Below, piece by piece: positions 35,318-48,552 of a stretch of DNA of 60,014 nt (its first letter is position 1; every line of letters starts with the position of its first letter). The notes beneath the pieces were generated by a model. The model was not told where the DNA came from. It did no database searches and was given only the letters and a program-made list of their open reading frames with translations. This DNA comes from Eledone cirrhosa. Its lineage: Eukaryota. The stretch covers positions 1 through 60,014 of the forward strand of contig CAXHJY010000485.1 in assembly GCA_964016885.1 (NCBI GenBank), given 5' to 3'. The translations under genes and the position numbers were made by a program.

Positions 35318-35437
35318 CAGTTCCTGTATGAGCAAGGCATGGTCAGCCGACCAGACACTGCCCACAACAGGACAACCCGTCTAACCCATGCTAGCGTGGA
35401 AGAACGGACGTAAAACGGTGATGATGATGATGATGAT
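35318..35437 (+). mobile_element. RTE extreme 3' end, near-identical to 33576-33693
   Basis: CAGTTCCTGTATGAGCAAGGCATGG...GTAAAACGGT(GAT)n; one visible mismatch. Confidence 0.88.
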
Positions 35438-35439
35438 GT

Positions 35440-35499
<60 letters not shown>

Positions 35500-35685
35500 A
35501 AGGAGTAAAGGATTTAAATCAATTTGTCGACATGAAGGCCAATGTGAGTTATTGATTTAGTTACCTACATCCAAGTTCACATGTGGAAATTAGCCTTTGA
35601 GCATATCATATTGATTCATTCATAGGACAACAGTACCCATGTGGAAATGATCAGGTGAATAACGATAAACACAAACATAAGAATT

Positions 35686-35720
<35 letters not shown>

Positions 35721-35863
35721 GAGTTAAACAAGATTCAATGAGTATATCAAAGAATGAGTTTTACAGTAGATTGGAAGCACTCTACTGTAAAAAAATAATT
35801 TTCCAGAGTTATTAATATTAAAATACAAATATTAATAAAATAGATGTTCTTTTGATCAATTAA

Positions 35864-35917
35864 ATTTTATTATACATATTTCAGAGGTACAACAGTACGT
35901 CCTCATCAGACAAAATA
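35864..35917 (-). ncRNA. Type I hammerhead, same family as 17014-17068 (element ~35712-35965)
   Basis: Minus: ATTTTGT-CTGATGA-GGACGTAC-TGTT-GTACCTCT-GAAA-TATGT-ATA|ATAAAAT; flanks near-identical to 16967-17366. Confidence 0.78.
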
Positions 35918-36625
35918 TAATGATACATGACATACCCTGAGATGTTAAATGGTTAAGATTTAATCTTAACCAATTAAATTCCTCATCTTCTTTGTTTAAC
36001 CTCCATCTTCCATGCTAGCATATGTTGGACAGGTTTGTCCCACTTGAGGCAAGATTGGTTGGGTGACCGTGTCTCACTTGTATAGAACAGATTAAAGTTT
36101 AAGCAAAGAATCGCTGCTTTCCCCATTAAGGGTGAAAGCAGCGATTCTTTGCTTAATCTATTCTTTAATCAATTCTTATAATAAATATTTGTTCTACGGG
36201 TTTCTATATATATATATATTTTATATACATATATACATTATCCTTATCAAGCCCTTGTACTAGGATGAAACGATCATTGAAAGATTAAACACTCTTTGAT
36301 TATTATTTATACTGTATAATATATACATATATATAAGTATGTATATATATATAAGTGTACATCCAGTGAAGCCCCCAGCCCTGTAAAGTGGTCGTGTAGG
36401 TGTCACAACAAAAAGCACCCAGTACTCACTGTAAATGAGGTTGGCATTAGGAAGAGCATCCAACTGTAGAAACCAAGTCAAAATTAGTTGTGTATGAGCA
36501 AGACATGGTTACCTGACCTAGCATTGCCCACAACAGGACAACTTGTCTAACCCATACTAGAGTGGGAAAATGGACATAAAACAGTGATGATGATCATATA
36601 TATATATATGAATATAAATATATAT

Positions 36626-36627
<2 letters not shown>

Positions 36628-36713
<86 letters not shown>
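36628..36713. repeat. (GT)n microsatellite
   Basis: Perfect run. Confidence 0.97.
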
Positions 36714-36715
<2 letters not shown>

Positions 36716-37172
36716 ATATAGTTCAAGGAGACAACAAACAGAGGAACAAAAGAGGAAAGAAAGTTTGCCATGTTGGGCCTAAGCCCTTCTTCGGGAGTAC
36801 AGAGACAGGATTGCAATGGAGGAACAGAGAGAAGGTCCAGTAAAGACACAAAAAGAAAAAACGAAAATGAAGGAGAAAGCCATTAGGTAGTCTTGGTAAC
36901 GAGTAGGAACGCAAAGTGGAGTGTGTGTGTATTAGTATCGTTGTATGTGTGAGTGTGAGTTTAAATGTGTGTGATTGAAAGGTAAAATGTGTAAAGTAAC
37001 AAAGATAGTGAGTGTATGTGTATATCCATGTGTTAGGGGTAGTGGACATGTATGTGTGAGTGAATGTAAGTTTGAATGTGTGTACTGTTTATGTGTGTTG
37101 AAGTAATGTTGTGTGTATAAAGTATCGGTAGTGTAGTGTATGTCCATGAGAAGAGTGGATTTACACCTGCAT

Positions 37173-37219
<47 letters not shown>

Positions 37220-37262
37220 GCGCTTGCGTTTGTATGTGTATGTGTGTGTATGTGTTTGTATT

Positions 37263-37293
<31 letters not shown>

Positions 37294-38249
37294 ATGTGTG
37301 TGTGTGTGTGTATTTGTGTGTATGTGTGTGTATATATGTGTGTGAGTGTGTGTTTGTATTTGTGTGTATATATGTGTGTGTTTGTGTGTGCCCTTTTTTC
37401 CCACCTTTCTGCCTCAGTTATTCTCCGTTTGCTCCATTGGTTGCCTATATATAAACTGTGAATGATTTTCAAAAAATAAAAGAAAAATAGAAAGAAAAAT
37501 TGCACTGACTCAGAGCCAGATAAAACAAAAAAGATAGTTTAAACATCAGATTCAAATAGTCTTTTGTATTCCATCATCCAGCCAACCCACCTTAACTCTT
37601 TACCATTTACATTACTCTATATATACTATTGTATTTTCTCAGTAAAGTCTTTATCTCACATAAATATCTCACATAATATTGAATCTATGAGATTTTGATA
37701 TTATTTATTTTGAGAACAATACCTTAAACATAAGTATGAGCAGCCGGTTTGAACAGAAATGGCTGGTTTAAATGTTAAAGGGTTAAAAATCAGATTCAAA
37801 TTGCCATCTTTAGTCTTTTGTATTCTGTCACCCATCCAACCCACCTTAACTTTTAGCATGCTGAATTTTTTTATGAATTGCTTCCTTTGATACTGCATTA
37901 TGAATTAAGGGGAGATTACTCTATCAGTGACATAAATCACCTACAGCACCCCGAAGGTTAAGACATATTGTACTGAAAGGATACTATGAGATTAAAGATT
38001 ACTATAATTTATTAAATTTCCATTAGTTCATTACTGAATACCAAACCTGTCTACCAAACCCTTTTATTAATTAAACTATTAACAATGAATAATGAGTATT
38101 TATTCAGTTATAAATTGGTTAACCATACAGAAAAAGAAAGCAGGACTATAGATACCATAAATGAGAGGAAAGGGAGGGGAAGAGCAAGGACTATAAGACA
38201 AAAGAAAAAAGAAAGGAGGAAGGAGAGAGGGTGACAGACTCTACACCTA

Positions 38250-38380
38250 ATTCAGAGCAGTGTTTTGGCTGAGCCCCATGGATAAAATGGCAAAGCCATT
38301 TCTGCGGACAATGGCCAGTGACACCCACTGCAACAGCCATCCCACCTCATGGGGCTCCTTCCTCAGATGCATTGATATCA
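38250..38380 (-). pseudogene. Short CRE-like RLE C-terminal remnant
   Basis: EPHEVGWLLQWVSLAIVRRNGFAILS parallels ELEWLFQRVSVAVLRGNAFYILS at ~15800-15870. Confidence 0.55.
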
Positions 38381-38623
38381 AACTATTAACTAGCATTAGA
38401 TTAGTGATTACAGGAAAAAAATATAGGCATAGCTGTGAGGTTAAAGGGTAGGCTTTGCCATGACTTGGTTTTGGGTTCTGCCCCACAGCATGGCACTTTA
38501 GAGTAAGTGTTTTCTACAATAGCCTCAGGTTGACCAATGTCTTGGGAGTGAAATGTGGTGAACAGAAACTGTAAAAGCTCATTTTGTGTGTGTGTGTGTG
38601 TGTGTATATATAGTGTGTGTATA

Positions 38624-39470
38624 TATATGAATAAAATTAGTCCTTCATCAGTGATCTTCCAGCCTTCATTGGTATTTCATCGCTTTAAAGACCATATACC
38701 TCTGGTTGGTGTGAGCAACGGCTAAAGAAAGTCGTTGGGACACGTAAATAGGGGGAACGAGCGAGACCTATTTACGTGTCCCAACGACTTTCTTTAGCCG
38801 TTGCTCGCACCAACTAGAGGTATATGGTCTTTAAAGCGATGAAATACCAATGAAGGCTGGAAGATCACTGATGAAGGACTAAATTTATTCATATGTAACC
38901 CATTTGCAACAACGCAGCACGCCATGTTTTCATATTTTTCATATATTTATATATTTTCCTCCGCTGTGACCCGTCTGTTTCTTTCTTACTGCTTCCCCTT
39001 TCTCTGTATCTCTCGTTTTCTTTTTACCCCTCTGACAGTCACTCTCTCTGTTAGCCTCTTCCTCACACTTTCACTCACTCTCTGCTACTCCCTCTCCTAC
39101 TTCCTCCTGTTTGACCTGTGCGAGATTCTTTCCTCACTCACATTTCGACCAGGTTGGATGGTCTTTATTCTCTCTCGTCTATGATTTCACAGAACTTATG
39201 TTCATCGATTTCAGGGACTTGACTCCTTCTTCCTCACTTTTCGTTGCATTACCATCTTTGATTGTTTACTGTCTCGCTCGTTCCCCCTATTTACGTGTCC
39301 CAACGACTTTCTTTAGCCATTGCTCGCACTAACTAGAGGTATATGGTCTTTAAAGCGATGAAATACCAATGAAGGCTGGAAGATCACTGATGAAGGACTA
39401 ATTTTATTCATATGTAACCCATTTGCAACCACGCAGCACGCCATGTTTTCATATTTTTCATATATTTATA
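38624..39470. mobile_element. 519-bp unit with ~185-bp direct repeat plus inverted partial copy (PLE/retrozyme-like)
   Basis: CCTATTTACGTGTCCC at 38767 and 39286; 38624-38766 is the reverse complement of ~39271-39412; carries CTGATGAAGGAC without a downstream GAAA. Confidence 0.85.
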
Positions 39471-39754
39471 TATATATATATATATATATCATACACAAAA
39501 CGCCACCACCAACAGTTTTGCAAGAGATGTCAACATGAATGGACCTGTTATTTTTATATAAAGACATTTTTTCCAATTCCAACCCGCCCGTCCCCTTAAC
39601 CTATCTCATTTCTCATTCTTTCTTCTGATGAAGAACTAGCGTCCGAAACGTTAATACCCCCTTCCTGTTATATCAAGCATTAACACCTAATATATCCCTT
39701 CCATATACTGTACCGATTGTGTTGTTATTTCTGTTTACCCTTTACATACATATA

Positions 39755-39792
<38 letters not shown>

Positions 39793-39875
39793 TATATTTT
39801 GAGAATAAACTCTCAGTCATTTACAATAATTAAGCTCCAGGAAGGGTCTCTTCCGAGCAGTTAATACATTTAAAG

Positions 39876-40198
39876 TATACGATAAACACGTAATGTGTTT
39901 ACATTGCAACAGACAAGGTTAGCTATTAATGAAATAAACTAATAAAAGTGAATACAATTTGTCTGTCTCGATATAAGTCAATAAAGACAATATTATATTG
40001 GCAACAGCCATGATTCCTGGACATATTTAAATTTCAAAATTCAAACCTGTTCTGTAGACGAATTTGAACCTCTGTTGCCAATATAATATTGTCTTTATTG
40101 ACTTATATCGAGACAGACAAATTGTATTCACTTTTATTAGTTTATTTCATTAATAGCTAACCTTGTCTGTTGCAATGTAAACACATTACGTGTTTATC

Positions 40199-40203
<5 letters not shown>
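39876..40203. repeat. ~132-bp perfect inverted repeat with 64-bp spacer
   Basis: 39876-40007 vs 40072-40203, right arm abutting (TA)n. Confidence 0.92.
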
Positions 40204-40235
<32 letters not shown>

Positions 40236-40609
40236 TATTATCATCATCATCATCATCACTGTTTTATGTCCATTCTTCCACGCTAGCATGGGTTAGACAG
40301 GTTGTCCTGTTGTGGGCAATGCCAGGTCAGGTGACCATGTCTTCCTCATACAGTACTGATTTGGGCTTGGTTTCGACAGCTGGATGACCTTCCTAACACC
40401 AACCTCATTTACAATGAGTACTGGGAGCTTTTTACCGTGGCACCAGCATGACCACTTTATAGTGGGACGGCGTGGGGGCATACTGTCTATATGCTTCAGC
40501 TTCTGCTTGTACCCGTGGGAAGTTGGGTCTTCTATACTACAGCATAATGTACATATATTTGTCTGGATGTATATGTATATGCATGTGTGTGTGTTTGTTT
40601 GTATGTATA

Positions 40610-40947
40610 TCATCATCATCATCATTTTACGTTCGCTTTTCCCTGTTTGCAAGGGTGGGACGGGAACTGATTCTGGCTTGATTTCTACAGCTGGATACCC
40701 TTCCTAACACCAACCTCATTTACAGTGAGTGCTGGGTGCTTTTTTGCCATGGCACCTCCACGACCACTTTGCAGTGGAATCATAGGGACCCCAGTCCTAT
40801 CATCTCATTTCTACAGCTGAGTAAACTGGAGCAATGTGAAATAAAGTGTCTTGCTCAAGGAAACAACACATCACCTGGTCTGAGAATTGAACTCACAACC
40901 TTTTGATTGCAAGGCCAATGCTTTAACCACTAAGCCATGTGCCTCCA
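40610..40947 (-). mobile_element. CORE-like tRNA-SINE, full length
   Basis: Same family as 18656-18950. Confidence 0.88.
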
Positions 40948-41822
40948 TATATATGTGTGTGTCTGTGTGGGGTGGGGAGGAATATGTATATATGTATATG
41001 TGTGTATGCAGATATATGTGTGTGTGTATGTTTGTGTATATGTGTGGGAATGGTTGAATATGTATATATGTGTGTGTGCATGTGTGCATGTGTATATGTG
41101 TGGGGGGTGTCAATAACTCTGTTTACGTCTGTGTCTGTGTTTAAGTCCCATAACTCCAAAGGATATCAATAAAATAAGTTCCGTATTTGAAAATATAGAT
41201 AGGTAATAGAGAATCCCACCCCAGCCCTCAGTCCACACTGTAAAGTGGTCATGTAGGTGCCATTACAAAAAGCACCCAGCTCACAATGTAAATGTGGTTG
41301 GTGTTAGAAAGGGCATCCAGCCATAGAAACCAAGCCAGAAACATTTCTGTATGGGCTAGACACGGTCATCTGATCTGGCTTGTCTCACAGCAGGACAACT
41401 CATCTAACCCATGCTAGCATGGAAAAATGGACATTAAACAGTGGTGACGATGATGATGCTGATGATGATAGATACTTTATCAATATGATCGACTAAGCCC
41501 CTTTAATTTGATGCCCCAGCATGTCTGCAGTCTAATGACTGATACAAGAGGAATTTGTTTAATTAAACAGTCCTCAGATTCATTAGATGGCATATATTGA
41601 TGGTGATTGTAAATTGAGAATGTAAATATAGAATTATCAAATGTTATTAAAGACTTTAATCATGTATAATGTTAATCAGCTTAGAAGGGATTACAGATCT
41701 GAATTCAATTACTAACCTTTTTGATACCAAACCAACCACCTGAAACTGCTACTGATTCTATGAGACAGAGCTGTTTATTTTAAAGTGTGTATATCTATCT
41801 AAAAGTCTTCTTTTCCGCCCAC

Positions 41823-42090
41823 TTATTCATGAGAGGGTCGTGGTGGCAGAGTCCTCAAACACTCCTTCCAGCGGGTCCTATCAGAAGCAACTGTCTCCAA
41901 CTGATCCAGCAGAGTCCCCAAGTGTGACCAGCCAAGCTCATGGATGTTATCTAACCATCTTGCTCGGGATCTACCCCTGGGTCCCTTGCTGGTTGGTTTT
42001 GCCCGTAAAATCTTTCCAGCGATTCTTCCCTGAGACATTCTAGCTACATGCCCATAGTGTCAGAGCTGTCATCTCTCAATTTGGCAGAGC
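41823..42090 (-). pseudogene. Second RTE family, ORF C-terminus
   Basis: ILRAKPTSKGPRGRSRARWLDNI; paralog of 52678-52960. Confidence 0.75.
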
Positions 42091-43171
42091 TGTTCTTTCT
42101 CGGTAGAGCTGTTCTGCTAGCGAACAGGTTGCAGTTGGCAGATAGCGATACGGCCACCAGATATGATGGCTAGTTGCGATATAAGCAGGCAACTGCAGAA
42201 ACGAATAAGCAACTCTGGACCAACAGTTGTAAACTACTTGGGGAGATGGAGCAATGGGTCACACCTGCGTCTCCCAAGAAAACTCTCACAATCCAGTGAC
42301 TTTTGTTATAATTTCATCTACAAAACTTTGTTAAGTTATGCTCCAAAATCAGAAAACAGTACATCATTTTTCAGAAACATTTTTTCATGCTCAGAGTTGC
42401 TGAAGCAATGAACAAACTACCTGCATCAGTTGTTAGCTGTCAAGACACTGCATCCTTCAAAACTTCCATGCTTCCTGAAATTCGCCAACACTCCACCTAA
42501 TATTCCCCTCCATACACACGCACGCATGTATCTGTGTGTATATCATGACTCATACACTGTTCACTTTCCAGGCATTTGTACATTAATTTAAGTACTATAA
42601 ATGCACCTTTGATGAGTTGTAGTTCACCTGAGCCCTGTACACAATAATTTTCATTATATTATATATATAAGTTAAATAATTCTTCATAATTTTCAAAATT
42701 ATTTTTAAATTATAGGCAGTGTCCCAGCATGGCTTCAGTCCCTTAGCTGGAATACGTAATAGTGTAATAGAGTAATAGAGAGTGTATTTAATTAGAAATA
42801 TGGTAACAAAGGGTTCATTTATGAAAATAAAACTTTTTTCAAAGTAACTTCAACATTTATTGGTTCTTTAATTTGTTGTTGCCATCTGGGTTATGGCCAC
42901 ACTGGAGCACTGCCTTACTTAACTTAAGTCATTTAAACTCACTTCATAAGCATAAATTTTCATCTGGTTCTTTTATTTCATATTTATAAAGTACACATAT
43001 GCACACACACTCAAACATCTATTATATTAAAGTTGTATATATTGTGTAAAATGTTGGTCTCACTGATTATAAGAGTGTGTGTGTGTAAGAGAGAGAGGGA
43101 GCTGTAACAAGTCTCTATGGAACGGTGGTAGTAGGAGTGTGTGTGCAAAAAATATTCTTTTTAAATCTCAG

Positions 43172-43580
43172 ATCATCATCATCATCATCATCATCATCCT
43201 CGTTTAACGTCCACTTTCCACGCTAGCATGGGTTAGACGGGAGTTGTCCCACTTGAGGCAAGGTTGGTCGGGTGACCGTGTCTCGCTCATATAGGACTAT
43301 CTGGCAGGTTTTCTACGGCTGGATGCCCTTCCTAACACCAACCACATTTACAGTGTGGTACTGGGGGTTTTTACCGTGTTACCTACAGTGTGGACTGTGT
43401 TTTTTCTCGTGACACCTACATGATCTCGATCTCATTTATCTCATTTATTTGGACTGGATGTTGTGGTACCAACTTTATAGAGAGGGGGTGGTGTTGGTGG
43501 GAGTGGGAGGATAGGGTAGGGGTAGTGGATTGGGGTGTATATTTGGTTAAGAGGTGCCTACTGACTGTAGGTTTCGCTTT
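43172..43580 (-). mobile_element. RTE 3' UTR fragment
   Basis: Reverse complement of ~30325-30735. Confidence 0.88.
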
Positions 43581-43864
43581 ATGATTATATTATTAGTGTG
43601 TATATATATAATTTATGAGTAAAACATTTAAAATGTCATATTGATCTTTAATACTTGATAATATTAAACTGGGCTTTTCTCAAGGTTAGCTAGTATACAT
43701 ATAGTGTTGTTTTATTAGATAAAATGTTATATTGTTTTAATCCAAATGAAAATAAAAATTACATGTTGACACTCCCAGGGTCTAATACTATTGCCTTGTA
43801 AAATTTGATTTGATTTGGTCGAGCTGTTTGAGGATGCATAGAAAACAGATAGATAGACAGACAA

Positions 43865-43910
<46 letters not shown>

Positions 43911-45278
43911 AGTTGACAGCCTCCCTAATGTTGGTGATCTACATGATAAATGCACCCAGTACATGCTGTAACGTGGTTGGTGATAGGAAAGGCATCCAGC
44001 AAGGGCTTTGGAAAATTTTTCTAGGTTGTCTCTATTCATTTTTTAAAAAACTAAAATTAGTTGATTAATTTACATATTGAGACACCAACCCTTCCTATTT
44101 ATTTTATAACATATGAGATTTATAATGTAGTTTTTTGTCATGTATAATGTTTGTTAGTGTCTAAAGAAAAATAATTGTCACAGGAATGCTACCACTTAAA
44201 GAAAGATTTTGCTGGAGAGAGATTAGCAAAATTAAAAGAGCAAGGGAGGGGGATAATAGCACCTAGCACACACTGTAAATGTGTTCGGTGTTAGGAAGGG
44301 CATCTAGCTGTAGAAACCAAGCCAAAATCAGTTCTATGTATGTGAATCAAGGTCCTCTGACCTGATCTCTCTCAAAGGGACATCTCGTCCTACCAATGCT
44401 AGCATGGAAAATGGACATTGAACGATGATTATGATGATGAAGATGATGATAATGATAGAATCCATAACCATTTTCAGTGTAACAGCTTTATTTGGTAATG
44501 AAGCAAACCTAATTCCATTTAGTATTCTATACAGCCATTACAATAAACATAACTAAACATTTTTGCAACAGCTTCTATTGATATGATACTTAAATTAATG
44601 TGAGAGATATATCATTACCCATAATTAAGGGCATGCATTATGCATAAGTGTGGTTTGCACTTCAATAAAGAGAATTTACTTACTGCTTTTTATAGAAGTA
44701 CTGTTCTTTATTATTATCTTTTTTATATAGATTTTGAATAAAATTGCTTTGCAATGAAACTTCTGTTTATAAATCCTTCCAGTTTGTTTGTTCCCAGCAG
44801 TTGTAAAGCAGAGGGCTATATTTCAAATCTAGTCCAGAAATGTATGTGTGCATATATACCCCAACCCACTACCTCTACTCCATCCTCCCACTCCCACCAA
44901 CACCACCCTTTCTCTGTAAAGTTATGTTGGTACCACAACATCCAGTCCAAACTAATGAGGTTGTGTAGGTGTCACAACAAAAAACACCCAGACCACGCTA
45001 TAATGTGGCCATGTAGGTAACATGGTAAAAAGCTCCCAGTCCACACTGTAAATGTGGTTGGTGTTAGCAAGGGCATCCAGCCATAGAAAACCTGCCAGAT
45101 AGTCCTATACGAGCAAGACACGGTCACCCAACCAATCTTGCCTCAAGTGGGACAATTCTCATCTAACCCATGCTAGCGTGGAAGATAGGCGTTAAATGAT
45201 GATGATAGAAATGGCTTCTACAGGAGTACCTTACTTACTGTGGTTACCCCCGACTGAACACCGGATACATACACACAC

Positions 45279-45294
<16 letters not shown>

Positions 45295-45309
<15 letters not shown>

Positions 45310-46230
45310 GAAATTATTGTGTGCAGTGCTCAGGTGCATTACAACTCATCAAAGGTTCATGTATAGTACATAGAATAATATACAAATGTCAGGGAAGTGA
45401 ATAGTGTATGAGTCATGATATACATGTGTGTATGTGTATGGAGGGGGAACATGAGGTGTAGTGTTGGCGAATCTCAGGAAGCATTGAGGTTTTAAAGAAT
45501 GCAGTGTCTCGACAGCTAACAACTGATGCAGGTAGTTTGTTCCATGCTTCAGCAACTCTGAGCGTGAAAAAATGTTTCCGAAAGTCATGGGAGCTGTGCT
45601 GCTTTCTGACTTTGTGGGCATGTCCACGTGTGTTAGACACATGGAAATCAAAAAGGTACTCAGGGTTGTTGCTGGCAAGATGGTTAACAATTTTGTGGGT
45701 GTTTACCAAGTCAGTTGCCAGGCGTCGGAGCTTCAATGTATCCATGCCCAGGGAAGCAAGGCATTCAGAGTATGGTAGATGCCTGATGGAGGGTATTCGC
45801 TTGGTTGCACGTCTCTGAACAGTTTCCAGGCGGTCAATGTTCTGAGCAAGATAGGGGTTCCAGACTGGTGATGCAAATTCTAAGTGTGGCCGCACCAGAG
45901 CCATGTACAGCCTTAAATAGATAGCTGGAGAGCAGCTGACAAAGGTCTTGCTGAGTGATGCTAAGACACCCTCAGCCCTCTTGAAAATTTTAGAGACGTG
46001 CTTCTCCAACGCAAATCACTGCTGACCGTAATGCCCAGGTCCCCTTTACAAGAAGACTTCTTGATATTAGTGCTGTGGAGGGAGTATGTGGACGCTGGGT
46101 TTTTACTCCCAAAATGCATGGTGGTGCACTTGTCCACAGCTAGCTTGAGTTGCCAGTCTGAGATCCATTGTTGCATTGTGTCCAGGTCAGACTGCAAGCA
46201 AGATCTATAGTGTTCAGGATCTGTCCTTTA
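45295..46230 (-). pseudogene. CR1-clade LINE 3' portion with (ATT)n tail
   Basis: QSDLDTMQQWISDWQLKLAVDKC...DLGITV; LYMALVRPHLEFASPVWNPY...LETVQRRATK...LRR; 3' ends also at ~42350-42660, 50750-50945, 53299-53585. Confidence 0.9.
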
Positions 46231-46517
46231 TATAGTAATACAAGGACAAGTGGTTACTCCTTCATTACATTTATTCGTTGATGACGTGCATTTCACTACT
46301 GATCAGCTCAAGGTTCGATCTATATCGATCTGGCCCAACTCTGGTATCAAAAGCTCGTTGGACCTCTGTAGTAGTAATGACAGAATGTCATTACAAACCT
46401 TCCAGATACAGTCCTATATGAGCAAGACACGGTCACCGGATCAATCTTGCCTTAAGTGGGACAATTCCCGTCTAACCCATGCTAGCATGGAAGAAAGACA
46501 TTAAACGATGATGATGA

Positions 46518-46554
<37 letters not shown>

Positions 46555-46683
46555 AAAGTTCTATGTAAATTGTTGGGATACAACAAGCAAATATTTTTAT
46601 AACTGATATAAAGCACTCGACAAATATTTGGAGTAGATATACGATATATTAATAAATGGAAACTATATTTATAAAACCATATT

Positions 46684-46748
46684 TATTTCATTATATATAT
46701 TTCAAGGATACCAAGTTAAATTATGGTATGCCTTCATCAGACAAAATA
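46684..46748 (-). ncRNA. Type I hammerhead motif
   Basis: Reverse complement of 46865-46929. Confidence 0.8.
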
Positions 46749-46864
46749 CAATATATAACAGTTTTATAAATAGACATTGACGTACTATCCTGATGGCCTC
46801 CAAAAGCAACGGTCACTTTTTAAAAGGGTACGTCAATGTCTATTTATAAAACTGTTATATATTG

Positions 46865-46929
46865 TATTTTGTCTGATGAAGGCATACCATAATTTAACTT
46901 GGTATCCTTGAAATATATATAATGAAATA
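46865..46929 (+). ncRNA. Type I hammerhead motif
   Basis: TATTTTGT-CTGATGA-AGGCATACCA-loop-TGGTATCCTT-GAA-ATATATAT-A|ATGAAATA. Confidence 0.8.
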
Positions 46930-46969
46930 AATATGGTTTTATAAATATAGTTTCCATTTATTAATATCG

Positions 46970-47033
<64 letters not shown>

Positions 47034-48481
47034 GAGAGTGAGAGAAGAAGAGAGAGTTATGTAATCAACATGATCATCAACATTTTGTCTGTTTTTCTAT
47101 GCTTTCTTGCAATTTCCAGTTTCCGTCTACCAAACTCCACTGTCAAGTCATTGGTCAACTTACAGCTATAGTATAAGGCACTTGCCCAAGGTGCTGCATA
47201 TTAAATATTGATATCACCTCAAACTGCCTCTTGTTCTATGATACAAAACACTTTGTTAAAGTGTTTATATTTATCTAAAAAATCTTTTCATCGTGGTTTT
47301 GTAAGAACCTTTGTTAAAATCTTTGTTAAAAACTTTCTGCCAAACATTAACTTGAGAATGATAGCTATTTTATTGAAAATGGAAGTTATTTGACTAAATC
47401 CCTCCAAATTATTGATCATTTTTCAAAAATTATTTGTAAAATTGTAGCAGGCCTGTCACCAGATGATTGTGCGTGGGTGAGCTTCAAGTACTCTCAGGTC
47501 TCAAATAATCGTCCCCTCCCCCTACCCGCTTATTAATTGTTCGGATTTTTCCAACCCCCACCCCTATCCCGCTCTTATTCCAAATTCCACCGTTTATCAA
47601 ATTTTGCTAATCTATCTCCAGCAAAATTGTATTTTATGTGGTACCATTCTTGTGATAATTAATTTTCTTTAGACATTAAAAAACATTATACATAACAAAA
47701 AAGAACATTACAAGAATGGGTTGGTGGTCTCAATATGTAAACTAAACGACTAATTCTGGTTTTCAAAAAACTCAACAGAGATAACCTAGAAAAATTACCG
47801 ATTTCCCACTAACCCTGCTTATTATAGCCCCTGCCCCCTATTATTTGGGGCCCCAAGATTACATTCTGGGTGAACACTCTAATGCACAATAATTCTAACA
47901 CACACAGAGTTTTGGAATAAACATATCACCATAATTTTTTTTCTAAATCTGAGGTTGCACCATTGTAAAGTATGTGGCGAGTGAAGACCTTGCCATCTTA
48001 TGCCCATCATTAGCAATAGCCATAAATCATGGGTAGTGTTATTTATTTGAAATATAGTAATGAAAGTTGCTCTTTGATAAAACAATAGGCAAGAAAGACA
48101 AAAGGCCGCAATGGAATTTTCTCAAGAAATTATCTCAGATTTAGTGAATGAAACACTATTTTAAAAACGTTGTGTTTCTTGGGAGTTTTTTCCTCTCTTT
48201 AAAGCAGTTGGCTGATTATTGCTATAGCTTGCTGGAAAGCTTAACCTGATGTTATCATTACTATCAAGAAAGTGTTCTTTAAATATTTGCATTTATCCAA
48301 ACCTCAGGTACGCTAGAGTAAATATATCAGTAGTAACTGTTGGCATATTTCCCAAATATGTATAGTTGTGTGCGTGTGTGTGTGTGAAGAGGAAGAGGAG
48401 GAGCCATTTCTATATTAAACATGATGTTTACACACTACTAATGCATTGAGTACCTTAGTAACTGTGTTTACCAACGATTGA

Positions 48482-48552
<71 letters not shown>

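Larger units (their letters stand above)
46637..46974. repeat. ~148-bp inverted repeat, each arm carrying a hammerhead
   Basis: 46637-46785 vs 46828-46974; 42-bp spacer; right arm abuts (TA)n. Confidence 0.92.

Noticed and set aside
34143-35331. ORFs in the 593-bp unit as proteins
   Set aside because: No recognisable domain; duplicated only because the unit is repeated and inverted.
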